From NCBI RefSeq assembly GCF_006345805.1, contig NC_042999.1, forward strand, positions 63,302,001-63,366,000: 64,000 nucleotides of DNA. The letters run 5' to 3'. This document shows, in pieces, positions 51,470 to 64,000 of the stretch. The notes beneath the pieces were generated by a model that made no database searches, was not told the DNA's origin, and saw nothing but the letters and a program-made list of their open reading frames with translations. A program made the translations under genes and the position numbers. This DNA comes from Octopus sinensis (Eukaryota). Position 1 is the first letter of the stretch, and every line of letters begins with the position of its first letter.

Positions 51470-52022
51470 TAGCTGATGCCATTGCTGCTTGACTGGCACC
51501 CGTGCTGGTGGCATGTAATAAGCACCATTCAAGTGTGGGTTGATGTCAGTGCTCCACCGACTGGCTTCTGTGCTGGTAGCATGCAAAAAGCACCAACTGA
51601 ATGTGGTTGATGCCAGTGCCACCTGACTGGTACATGTGCTGGTGGCATGTAATAAGCACCATCCAAGCATGGGGCAATGTCACTGCCACCTGACTGGCTC
51701 CCTGTGCACGTGGCATGTAATAAGCACCATCTGAACGTGGTTGATGCCAGTGCCCACTGACTGGCTCCTGTGCCAGTGATATGCAAAAGGCACCATCTGA
51801 ACATGGTCGATGCCAGTGCTGCCTGACTGGCTCTTGTGCCAGTGGCATGTAAAAAGCACCCACTACACTCTCTGAGTGGTTGGCATTAGGAAGGGCATCC
51901 AGCCGTAGAAACCTTGCCAGATCAGATTGGAGCCTGGTGCAGCCTCTACTAGCTTGCCAGTCCTCAGTCAAACCATCTGACCCATGCCAGTATGGAAAAC
52001 GATGATGATGATGATGATGACG
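51470..52022 (+). mobile_element. RTE 3' UTR fragment with about six tandem 64-66-bp units
   Basis: Recurrent (A/T)AAGCACCA...GATGCCAGTG...GACTGGC...GTGC(C/T)(A/G)GTGGCA(T/C)GT, then the conserved tail. Confidence 0.85.
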
Positions 52023-52500
52023 TCTGGCCTTGTGCCTAAATTAGACAACATCAATGATTAATTAATTATCTGTGAACTGTAGCGTTTAACTTATGAAACT
52101 AGAATATGTAGAAAATTTTGAAGCTCCCACACTGTTTATTTTTGCTTTGTTTTGATTAAATTTTTGGAGAGAAATTCTATTTTTATTCTCTGTATAAGAT
52201 TATTCTATGCTCACTGAGGTGCCTGACATTGTCCAGGTGCCAAATATTAAGAAACTTTTGGGTTTCTTTTTTGTTAAACTTATTGACTTAGCTTAAAGCG
52301 AGATATTATGTAGATCTTTTTTTTTTAAGTAATTATATTTATCCTGCATCTTTTGTTCGTTTCAGTCATTAGACTGTGGCCATGCTGCAGCACTGCCTTG
52401 AAGGGTTTAGTTTAAAAAAATCATCTCCAGTACTTGATTTTTAATTCTGGTACTTTACTACCAGTCTCTTTTGCTAAGCCAGCAGACATGGAGATGCAAG

Positions 52501-52549
<49 letters not shown>

Positions 52550-52950
52550 TGTGTGTATGGGCATGTGCTTATTTGGCTTATGGAAAACACACTTTAAAAA
52601 TGCACTTTAAAAACTACAATATAGAAGACTTCCTAAATGTTACTTTAGAACTCAACACAAGTCTTTCCAAGCCTTGCAATAACCCTTTAGCATTCAGATT
52701 ATCTGTCAAATATAATGCTTATTTATTCACATTGTTTTTAATTAATCATGCATTATCCCATAGCTTTGAGTTTTGGATGATGTGATTGGTTATTTTTAGA
52801 AAGACATTCTAGGGTAGGTGTGAGAGGCCAGGTCAGATTGAACATAAAATGGAAGAATATTTTGGCTGGATATGGCCAGTTTAAATGATAAGGGAAAAAA
52901 GAAAATCAATGAGCATCTATTCATTATTTGCCTTCTGAATCACCCAAGTG

Positions 52951-52991
<41 letters not shown>

Positions 52992-53068
52992 TCTCTCTTT
53001 TCATATATATGTGTACATATATATACATACATATATGTGTGTGTTTTATATATCTATATCTATCTATC

Positions 53069-53103
<35 letters not shown>

Positions 53104-54478
53104 ATATATATATATGTATATATATGTATATATATATATATACATGTATATATATGAGTGTATATATATATATATGTATATATATGTGTGTGTGTATATA
53201 AATATATATATATACATATATATATAAGCAACCAGGTGCATCTTTGTTTTGATTTTCCCAAGCTTTCATGAATCACCATTGCTCTTTGAGTACATTAGCT
53301 AGGATGTTCAAGACTTGGTTATGTGATGCCAGAAATATTTTGCAAGAAACGATTTCAATGCTGGTGGAAATAATCTCTCTGATGGGTAGTATCCATATTG
53401 GTACTATTAGCTGTGTTGCTCTAATGCTACCATTAAAAATTGGGCACAGATAAAGCATATATAAGAATGAGGAAAGAGACTAACAAGGAGACAGACAGAG
53501 AGGGGGAGAGGGAGAGAGAGGAGGAGTAGAAGTAAAGAAGAGAGAGAGAGGAGGGGGTGAAAGTAAAGAAAGAGAGGGAAAGTCAGATATACATATAGAG
53601 AAGAAGAAAGAGAAAAACAGAGAAAGATAGGGGAGGGTAAAGGAGCAGTTGAATGATCTAAGTAGATGAAACACTAGATATATCACATGATCAAAGATTG
53701 GGAAAAAGCAGACGACATATCATGTGACTACCAGACAAGGGATGATAGAAACACTGTTTTTAACATATGTTTATGATATGCTATAGTTGTAATGTCTTCC
53801 TTTTCATGTTAGTTATGCATTGAACAAATTTAAGAAAAATATTAGGCTAAGGAAAAGAAAATAGCATGTGTCCTTTCTTGATAGGGCAGATAGTAGTGGC
53901 ACCATAATTCTTGTTGATTTATAACTATACTCAGAAACATACCTCCTCCATACGTACATATATTCTTTTGCTTTTACTTTTATTTGTTTCAGTCATTTGA
54001 CTGCGGCCATGCTGGGGCACCGCTTTTAGTCGAGCAAATCGACCCCAGGATTTTTTCTTTGTAAGCCTAGTACTTATTCTATCGATCCCTCTTGCCGATC
54101 CCTCTAGGTGATGAGGACGTAAACACACTAGTCACCAGCATTGGTTGTCAAGCGATGTTGCGGGGACAAACACAGACACACAAACATATACATACACACA
54201 CACACACACATATATATATAGGACGGGCTTCTTTCAGTTTCCATCTATCAAATCCATTCACAAAGCTTTGGCCAGCCCGAGGCTATAGTAGAAGGCACTT
54301 ACCCAAGGTGCCACACAGTGGGACTGAACCCAGAACCATGTGGTTGGTAAGCAAGCTACTTACCACAGCCACCCCTGTGCCCTAAATGTATTGATCTAAA
54401 TACATCTCTTTCTCCTTTCTCTTTTTCTTCTCTCTCTATGTATGTATGTATGTATGTATGTATGTATGTATGTATATA

Positions 54479-54531
<53 letters not shown>

Positions 54532-54539
54532 AAAAAACA

Positions 54540-54820
54540 CCATCCAAGCGTGGCCGTCCGCCAGCCTCGTCTGGCACCTGTGTCGGTGGCACATAAAAAA
54601 CACCATCCGAGCGTGGCCATTCGCCAGCCTCGTCGGTGGCACATAAAATCACCCACTACACTCTCGGAGTGGTTGGTGTTAGGAAGGGCATCCAGCTGTA
54701 GAAACACTGCCAGATCTGACTGGCCTGGTGCAGCCTTCGGGCTCCCCAGACCCCAGTTGAACCGTCCAACCCATGCTAGCATGGAAAGCGGACGTTAAAC
54801 GATGATGATGATGATGATGA

Positions 54821-54822
<2 letters not shown>
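54540..54822 (+). mobile_element. Young RTE 3' tail in (TA)n
   Basis: CpG-retaining copy with (GAT)n tail. A minus-strand copy lies at about 50905-51065. Confidence 0.85.
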
Positions 54823-54890
<68 letters not shown>

Positions 54891-55151
54891 GTGTATATTC
54901 TTTTATCATTTTACCGTTTCAGTTATTTGTCCGTAGCCATGCTGAAACACTGCCTTAAGGGATTCTAGTCAAAGAAACTGACCCATGGAATTGTCCCTTG
55001 TAAGCCTAGTACTTATTCTATCAGACTCTTTTGCGAACTGCTAAGTTATGGGGACGTAAACACACCAGCATCAGTTGTTAAGCGATGGTGGGATGGGAGA
55101 GACAGACACTAAGACACATGCATAAACATATACATACATATGCATATATAT

Positions 55152-55219
<68 letters not shown>

Positions 55220-55638
55220 GAGCTTCTTTCAGTTTCCATCTCCCAAATCCACTCATAAGGCTTTGGTCAGCCCAAGGCTATAAGTAGAAGACATTTGCCT
55301 TATCTGCAGTGCAGTGGGACTGAACCTGGAACCATTTGTTGGGAAGCAAGCTTCTCACCACATAGCCAGATATATATAGATATCTCCTTTTATCTTTTAC
55401 TTCTTTCTGTCATTAGACTGCAGCCATGCTGGAGCAGCACCTTGGAGCATTTTTTAGTCAAATGAATTGACCCGCAGCACTTACTTTTTTGTAAGCCTGG
55501 TATTTATTCTATTGGTCTCTTTTGCCAAACTGCTAAGTTACAGGGATGTAAACACACCAGCACTGCTTGTCAACATACATATGTGTTTGTGTGCATGTGT
55601 GTGTGTATGTGTGTGTGTTTATATACATATCTATATAC

Positions 55639-56830
55639 ATATTAAGGTATGTAGAAAAATACAACATGGACAAGAACGTATAACTCTCAGAAGACGACAC
55701 AACAAACACGGACAGGACATTCAAAACCCTCAGTCTTCAGTCAAGAACCGGATCATCGTAGTAATTTCGGCTGATTAATCTTGAGATTACTAGATCATGG
55801 CCAGCCCTCCAAGAAAAACTAAGCAACAAGCATTAGAAAAACTAAGCTGGGAGCGTAGATTTCCTGGAAGAAGGATCGAATGCATACGAACACCGGGACA
55901 GCAAAAGGGACGAATATAAAAGGCAAAAAACAATAATGGAATACAGAAACATGAAATACAGAAGCATTAACGGTGAAAACAACAAGTGTCTTACGACTGA
56001 TAACAAGCAAACAAATTTTCTCTAGCGCATATTGGAAAGGAGCCTTATCGGCGATGCCTTGGCGGCGGATGAAAAACAACGATGTTAACACGTCGCTGGT
56101 GGGAAGCTGAGAGGCAGATTTCGGCCAGCGGTCACGTGACAGAGAAGAGAGAAAAGAAAAGAAAGAGAAGCAAAGGAAGGAAGAGAGAGAGAGAAGAGAG
56201 AGAGAGAGGAGGGACAAACGCAACAAGGGGAGAGAAGAGAGAGAAAGAAGGAATCAGAGAGGAGAAGGGATGGGTGTCGAAGATTGACCTGTGAGTGCAA
56301 AGCGAGACAAAGAAAGGGGAAGAGTAGACCAAAGAATCAGAGGAAAGAGAAGAGAAAAAGAGGATGAGTAGAGAGAAAAGAGAGAGAAGGGGACAGATCA
56401 AGTAAAAGTGAGAGAGAGAGAGACAAACAGAGAGTCATACCAATTTTTAAGAATATGTGCTCACATTAATGTTAAGAGGGTACGTAGCGCTTGGAATATA
56501 TATTAAGGTATGTAGAAAAATACAACATGGACAAGAACGTATAACTCTCAGAAGACGACACAACAAACACGGACAGGACATTCGAAACCCTCAGTCTTCA
56601 GTCAAGAACCGGATCATCGTAGTAATTTCGGCTGATTAATCTTGAGATTACTAGATCACGGCCAGCCCTCCAAGAAAAACTAAGCAACGAGCATTAGAAA
56701 AACTAAGCTGGGAGCGTAGATTTCCTGGAAGAAGGATCGAATGCATACGAACACCGGGACAGCAAAAGGGACGAATATAAAAGGCAAAAAACAATAATGG
56801 AATACAGAAACATGAAATACAGAAGCATTA
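55639..56830. mobile_element. Unclassified element with 331-bp direct repeats (period 861 bp) in (TA)n
   Basis: 55639-55969 versus 56500-56830: three mismatches. The 530-bp interior has a GA-rich tract and a CACGTGAC site. Confidence 0.75.
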
Positions 56831-57301
56831 TATATATATATATATACATATATATGTATATATATATATATACATATATATGTATGTATGTGTATGTGTG
56901 TGTGTGTAAATGTGAAAGGAAATTTGAAATAATAATAATAATAATAATGATAACAGCAGTAACCATCATCATTATCATCATTATCGTTATCCTTGTAATT
57001 TAATATTACTGGTAAAGTTGCAAAATACTTATTGTGTGACCCAGTAAGAGACCAATGGGAAGAAGAGGGTAACTATTATCCATGTGCGTATTCTTTGTCA
57101 TGTGCACATATTCACTCAGATATGTGCAGCATCTGGGACCAAGAGTCCTTCTGTTTATTTACATATGGTTGGTCGATTGTCATTTGATTTGGATGGAGAC
57201 TGTGTGTGTATGTGTGTGTGTTTGTGTTTGCAAGGACAGGCATCCTAGCTGTCAATATTTTAAACATTGTGTGAACTTAAAGTATACGTACACAGTGCAA
57301 G

Positions 57302-57960
57302 ACCATCATCATCATCATCATCATCGTTTAACGTCCGTTTTCCATGCTAGCATGGGTTGGACGGTTTAACCGGGGTCTGGGAAGCAAGGAGGCTGCACCA
57401 GGCTCCAGTCTGATCTGACAGTGTTTCTACAGCTGGATGTTCTCCCTAACACCAACAACTCCGCGAGAGTAGTGGGTGCTTTTTACGTGCCACCGGCACA
57501 GGGGCCAGAGGAGGCTGGCAAAGGCCACTATCAGTTGGTGCTTTTTATGTGCCACCAGCACGGAAGCCAGTCAAGGTGGTGCTGGCATTGGCCACGTTCG
57601 GATGGTGCTTTTTACGTGCCACTGGCATGGGTATCACAACTACAATTTCCATTTGATTTTTATTTTGATGTTGATGTACTTGACTCAATAGGTCTCCTCA
57701 AGCACAGCAGGTCGCCCTACGACCCAAGGTAAGCACAGCAGGTCGTCCTACGATCCAAGTTACTTTTCAATGAGCTGGGGCTGGTTATGCAAAACTGGTG
57801 TAGGATACAGCCGTGAACTCACTTTATTTGTCAGGTCTTCTCAGTCACAGCATATCTCCAGAGGTCTTGGTCTTTCATCATTGCCTTTGTGAGGCACAAT
57901 GTTTGAAGGTCATGCTTGACCACCTCATCCCATGTCTTCATGGGTCTGCCTCTATCCCGG
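57302..57960 (-). mobile_element. 5'-truncated RTE LINE (ORF end plus 3' UTR)
   Basis: Reverse-complement homologue of 49370-50145. Confidence 0.85.
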
Positions 57961-57984
57961 ATTCCTTCCAGTGATCACCAATAT

Positions 57985-58690
57985 TATCATCTGTATAGTC
58001 TTCATCATCATCACCATCATCATTGTCATGTTTAATACTGTTATCTCCATCACCATCATCACCAACAGATGTTGGCAAAAGCTTCTTGCCATTGTCATCA
58101 TCACTCTCCTTCCAGTCCCCCTACTCCTCCCTTTCCACCACTTCTTGTTATCATCATCCGCATCACCATCACCATCATCCTCATTATTACTGTCGTCGTT
58201 GTCATCATCATTGTAATCATCATGATTGTCGTCCTCATCATCATCATCCTCATCAGCACTCCTCATCATCATCATCGTCATAATCATCATCATCATCACC
58301 CTCATAATCCTCCTCCTCCTCCTCATCGTCATCACCCTCATCACCAAGATGATCATCATCCTCCTCCTCCTCATCATCATCGTCATCATCTTCATCATCA
58401 TCGTCATCATCTTCAACATCATCATCATCACCAAGATCATCATCATCCTCATCATCTTTATCATCGTCATCACCCTCATCATCATCGTCGTCGTTATCAT
58501 CATCATCACCCCATCACCAAGATCATCACCCTCATGATCCTTCTCCTCCTCCGCATCGTCATCATCCTCATCACCATCATGATCATCATCTTCCTTCTCC
58601 TCCTCATCATCATTGTCATCATGATCATGATGATCATCATCGTTATCACCCTCATCACTAAGATCATCATTCTCATCATCATCGTCGTTA
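57985..58690. repeat. About 700-bp cryptic (CAT/CAC/CCT)n trinucleotide tract
   Basis: Directly visible; source of the poly-H/D/M/I ORFs in the track. Confidence 0.9.
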
Positions 58691-58712
58691 TATATATGAT
58701 GTAAATACAGTG

Positions 58713-58808
58713 TACATTTAAACACATAAGAGGCATCCATCATAGGACTCCTTGCAAGCTAGAAAGAATAGTTAAATGTGATGGATGCCTCTTATGTGTT
58801 TAAATGTA
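58713..58808. mobile_element. 96-bp mini-MITE / perfect 30-bp inverted repeat
   Basis: TACATTTAAACACATAAGAGGCATCCATCA and its exact reverse complement, 36-nt spacer, TA at both outer ends. Confidence 0.7.
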
Positions 58809-59155
58809 TACTTTATTTATATGAATAATATATAGTCTATTGACTAAATTTTTACATGCTAGGCCACTGGTAATGGAAATTTCTAATATTTCTTATTACT
58901 CTTTCATATTATTAATTATATATATACTGTATGTATATATGAAATTTTACATATACAAAAGCGCACACACACACTTTTAATCTTTTATGAATTTCAGCTC
59001 AAAAGCTGTGGCCATAACATACTTCTTTCAGTTTACATCTATCAAATCCACACACAAGTCTTTGGTAGGCCAGACACTTACCCAAGGTGCTGCATGGTGG
59101 GACTGAACCCAAGATGGGTTTCTATGGCTGGATGCCCTATATGTGTATGTGTGTA

Positions 59156-59199
<44 letters not shown>

Positions 59200-59217
59200 A
59201 TATATATGCATATGCCT

Positions 59218-59275
<58 letters not shown>

Positions 59276-59280
59276 ATAAT

Positions 59281-59570
59281 ACTAGCACTATGACTCGGCA
59301 ACGACGGGTCAGTGCTAGTGCATGCATATACAGCTGCGGGCGGGCGCACATACACGCGAGTACTGTCCAAATCTCTGACCAATCACATACAGCTAGCTGG
59401 CATTCAATTGGCGTATCAAGTTTCGGGCATTTTGATTAGGTTTTGGATAGAAATTTCACAAAAAAGTCACTTCTATTGATTTTTTAATAGCTTTGTGGGT
59501 TGACTGGGGAAATGTAAAGATGTGCACGACCATCCTTGGATGGTTTTGAATGACCATAGAAAGTGTATAT
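59281..59570 (-). mobile_element. Non-autonomous Helitron, family A (5'-truncated)
   Basis: Reverse complement of about 1575-1819, with an extra segment of about 40 bp. Confidence 0.8.
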
Positions 59571-59647
59571 ATACACACATATATATATATATATGTGTGT
59601 GTGTGTATGTATATAATTATATGCATATACCTACATATATATATATA

Positions 59648-60164
59648 CTAGCAGTATCGCCCGGCGTTGCTCGGGTTTGTAAGGGAAATAACTATATAAG
59701 CATTTTTAGAGAGTTACTTCCCTTATAGATGCCAATTCGGGCTTTCTTAGCCATTTCTGTTTTGGTGTCTTCAAGCCATGAAGTCGTTGTTCTAAGAGAA
59801 CGCTGGTCTCCTTGACAATGCTTTACGACGTTGATTTCCTTAAACTCCCTTCCCCACAGCTTCACGAGGGAGGGAAGAAGGGGGAGAAGCAAACACAGGT
59901 GCAGGTGTTTGAGCGTGGACGCCAACTCCGCCGTCATCGACACACGAAAAATTATGCATTAAAATGGAATAAAAAATGATGTTAAATTATTTTTAAAATC
60001 ATAGACTCATCGTAGATGCGCGCTAATAGCCAGACGGGCTCGATATTAATCACGACTATAAGATACCCGAATTTGGTTAAACTGCACCGCAAAATGTGGG
60101 AGGAGTTAGGAATCTAAATCGAAGGGGACAGACACTCACACAACTAGAGTTTTATATATATAGA
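59648..60164 (-). mobile_element. Complete non-autonomous Helitron, family B (517 bp)
   Basis: On the minus strand: A|TCTATATATAT...CCCGAGCAACGCCGGG hairpin...CTAG|T, inserted between A and T with no TSD. Confidence 0.88.
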
Positions 60165-60712
60165 TATATATATATATATACATACATACACACACACATA
60201 TAAATGTATATGTGTGTGCATGCATGTGTATGTGTGTGCATGGATGCGTGTTTTTGTGCCTCTTTGTCTTGACATTGCATGGTGGTTTAAATGAGAAACA
60301 CCATCACAGAAGTAGTGACATTCATTTCTTCTATGAAATTGTGAAAAAAATGTCTGGTCATGGAAGAAAAGAAATGACCTTGTTTGGAAATAGGTGAATG
60401 CTGGAGACAAGCAGGGCCATCAGACTGTAGAAAACCTGCTTCAGAATTCTGCCTGACCCAAGCAATAATGGAAAAGAAACTTGAAGTTAAAATGATGATG
60501 ATGATGATGGACATACACAGTATATACATTGTATGTTTGGATGTCAGTTTGTGTTCATGAACAAATGACACTTAACTATTTGTGTATGACTACATCTATA
60601 CATGTGTATGTGTAATACACACATGCACATATATATTAAGTATAAATATAGAATATATATATATACATATATATATGTGTGTATATATATATGTATATAT
60701 ATATATGTATAT

Positions 60713-60746
<34 letters not shown>

Positions 60747-61230
60747 ATATAGATATATATATATATATATACACACACACAAACACATATTTATATATAC
60801 ATGAATGTATATATGTGTATGTGTGTATACATATATTTATATATACACACACACACACATATAATATGTATGAGTGCATTCACATGTGTGGGTGTGTGTA
60901 AGGGTGAATGCACTTGTTTGTGTGTATATGCCTGTGTGCGTGTATGCGTAATACACACATGCACATATATTACATATATATATATGTATATATATACACC
61001 CACATATATGTATGTGTGTTACGTAACACACAAATTTATATACACATGAATGTATATGTGAGTGCATGTGCATGAATGTGTGTGTGCGCGTGTGTGAGTG
61101 CACACATCCTAATATGAAAGTAGAGATGGAAGAGAAGGCCAAGGGATACTTTCTATGTCGTATAGGAATTTAAATGTTGCAGGCAACTAAAGATTAGATC
61201 AAACATTCCACCAACTCAAACGACAACCTT

Positions 61231-61263
<33 letters not shown>

Positions 61264-61699
61264 ATGATGTAGAATTTTAGCTTATGCCATCATGTAACAA
61301 ATACTTTGACAAACTTCACTTTCATTTCAGTCAACTTCGTATTTTTTGCTCTTAAAAAAAGTCAATGTTTTTTTCTTTCACTGAAGTCAGCAACAAATTG
61401 CATTTCACAGATATAAAATATGCATATGTCTCTCTTTCCCTCCCTCATCTCCATCCTCTCTCTCTCTCTCTACACACACACATATGAGTGTGGGTGCATG
61501 CGTGTGTGTGTGTGTATATATACATATATATACATATACATACATATATATATATACATATATATATATACACACATGCATGTGTCTATATATCTATGTC
61601 TATATCTATCTATTTATCAATGCACATATGTATATGTTTGTTTGCATGTGTGTGTGTTTGTGCACACACACACACACACAGAGATATCTATGTATAATA

Positions 61700-63406
61700 T
61701 GAGGTCAACCCATAAATAATGCAGTTTTTCCAATTGCATGAACTAAAAGTCAGAGGGGGATGAGATAAACTACCTGCATCAACTTGCTACAAAAGCAGGT
61801 AATAATTTTACCTTCTTATTCTTAGTGCAAGTTTTGAAATGTGCAGTTCGATTTTAATAGTTATTTTTTCAAAGCTATAATGGAAGTCATAAGGGAGCAT
61901 ATTTGGCATATTTTGCTTTATGAGTTCAATAAAGGCAACAACACAATGGAAAGTGTGAGGAATATTAATGCAGTATTTGGGGATCGGACAATAAGTGTAA
62001 GTGAATCTCAACTGTGGTTCCAGAAATTCTGAGCCAGAAACTACAGCTTAGAAGATGAACTTTGTCCTGGAAGATGTGTAGAGCTTGAAATGGATGTCCT
62101 GCAAATACTTGAGAAACAAAATCTCATCGTAACTGTTGAGGAACTAGCAGAGTAGCTTGGATTTGGTCATTCAGCCAGTTACTCAAGTCAGTGCTAGAAG
62201 AAACTGGGATCTAGTCAGATTGGCTGCCAGCATCAATCTGTTTGAATTGATTTCGGATTCAGTGTAATGATACACTTTTATTGGCTAATGAATGACATGA
62301 AAATCGTTTTCACTATCAATCAATAAATAAAGAGTTATTGGAAATTAAAGTTTGAAAATTTTGGTAATTTTAGACAATCGTAAGCGACTGAGACATTCAT
62401 GCCTGTTTCCATAGTGACAAGCAGAACATGAGAACTCTTTTATCTGCGAGAAAGCATGTGTTGACAAATACATTGAAACCACTTGTTTTACCTATCTGAT
62501 GACAATTGAGTATGTGAATTTATGTAGTGCAGGATATATGAAAATTGTGATTTGTGCAAGACATTGATTGAATGCCTTTTTAATTTTCGTTTTCAATGAA
62601 CTGGTCAACAAAATGTTTTCTTAAAATATTTAATTTGTAATGTGCTATTCTGTTTTCAGATAAATCTGTAAGTTTGTGCTATTGCATTAAATGCATAATG
62701 AATGTTTAAAACTATAAAAGACATATTGTTTACAAATATTGACGTGTGCTATTTTCAGGATGTCGACTACAAAATGTGCAGTAATGCACAAAATGACAGC
62801 TTCAAATCCTCTTTCCTGACTGGGTGAAAACAATCAAACTTTAAACCTCTATAACTTTTTCAAAACCTTTTTCTGGAAAAGGTGAAATAACTTTGGTAAT
62901 TCAGCTTGGAAAAGTATGTTATTGTGCCAAATTTAAAAATTTTCGATAAACTTTAATTTTTGAAATGCTGGCAGCCAAACTAAGTAGATCTGAAAAATGA
63001 CCATCTTCGGTTTCAAGACGAAAAGTGTTCTTCCATCAGGATAATGCTCAGTCACATATTACAAAGATGACATTCCAAAGGCTGGAGTAGTTTGAATGAG
63101 AAACAATGCCCCACCCACCATATTCACTGGACATTGCCCCATCTGCTTATCATTTATTCTGCAGTCTTCGTTTGGACTGAAAAAATCTGAATTCTGTAGA
63201 CAAGGCCAAAACAGTATTGGAGGAGTATTTTTTGTCATGGACAAGTGAATTTTGGAAGAGGGGGCTTGCAAGTCTACCAGACAGATGGAAGAGCATTGTA
63301 GAAAATGTAGGAGAGTATATTTTAGATTAGAAAAGAACTTTGTTTATCTTAATTTTGAAAAATAAAAGAAGTATAAAACAACCACATTATTTATGGGATG
63401 ACCATA
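61700..63406 (+). mobile_element. Inactivated mariner with its centre replaced by about 850 bp of unrelated DNA
   Basis: TA-flanked TIRs (GGTCAACCCATAAATAATG / CATTATTTATGGGATGACC). N-terminal MEVIREHIWHILLYEFNKG...WFQKF; C-terminal FHQDNAQSH...PHPPYSLDIAPSAYHLF. Confidence 0.88.
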
Positions 63407-63461
63407 TATATATCTGTCTATCTATTATCTGTGTGTGTGTGTGTGTGTATGGTTGGCGTTA

Positions 63462-64000
63462 GGATCTCTGATCACGAGCAGAAGTAGTGGGGGAATATCA
63501 TAGCCATGTGTTGAAAGGAATTCTTTGGGGTTTCAATAATTCTCCTCTGGAAACATGGGTATTTCGTTGATCATCCTTAAACAACCCTTGTTCAGGGTCC
63601 TTTTGAGTTGGATGGGCTACTCTGCCTGAAGAAAATTCTAACAGGGCTCCACCTGCAAGGTCATGCCCTGTTTATCTTGATATGAGATCACCATGTCGCG
63701 CACATGTGGTTGTGATGTATGTGCCTGGTATACTCTTATCAGATTGGGAGTCATGATGGGCTTCGTATATTTTACCCCAGTGTCGATTTGATGGCATGCA
63801 CTGCTCTCTCACTCAATAATAATAATGATCAATGGCTCTCATAGCTTCTGATCTTAATTGATTGGAAGTGTTAACATCTACATGTTTTGTCTTGGTATAG
63901 AGGATGGGCTACAGCAAATATTCTGCTCAATACCACAAATTTGCTTGTCAGTTGTTTGACCTTAACCAGTTGAGCATGTCCCTTAGTGGCTGACGATATG
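63462..64000 (+). mobile_element. TAA-associated repeat family, two partial units head-to-tail
   Basis: Unit 1 ends CTCACTCAATAATAATAAT at about 63825; unit 2 restarts with the family 5' sequence (GGCTCTCATAGCTTCTGATCTTAA). Confidence 0.75.

Noticed and set aside
52872-53279. Many YI/CV/HT-rich ORFs over (TA)n/(TG)n tracts (also 8474-8959, 34694-35241, 60544-61142)
   Set aside because: Dinucleotide microsatellites lack stop codons by construction.
56575-56615. Possible hammerhead on the minus strand of the 331-bp repeat (CTGAAGA...TTCGAATGTC)
   Set aside because: GAAA is absent (GAAT), stem II is marginal and no stem I was found.
57952-58743. 263-aa and 211-aa ORFs as genes
   Set aside because: Pure trinucleotide-repeat translations with no splice or domain evidence.

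Overview
AT-rich, microsatellite- and transposon-dense metazoan genomic DNA. The SINE, RTE-tail and MITE repertoire resembles what I recall from Octopus (coleoid cephalopod) genomes; this assignment is recognition, not a database result. One protein-coding feature is confident: the first coding exon of VGLL4 (Vestigial-like 4/Tgi) on the minus strand at 14798-14852 (METPLDVLSRAASLVETN, then a GTAAGT donor). I found no later VGLL4 exon, so the rest of the gene probably lies left of the window. A possible divergent spliced plus-strand transcript could encode a 38-aa microprotein. Almost everything else is repeat-derived: tRNA-headed SINEs, RTE/Tx1/RLE-type LINE remnants, Tc1/mariner remnants, piggyBac-type TTAA MITEs, non-autonomous Helitrons and Penelope-like terminal repeats. 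Four of the Penelope-like repeats carry minimal hammerhead-ribozyme-like motifs with co-varying stems and non-canonical cores. Most ORFs in the supplied track are microsatellite or repeat artefacts. Boundaries of old repeats are approximate (tens of bp).
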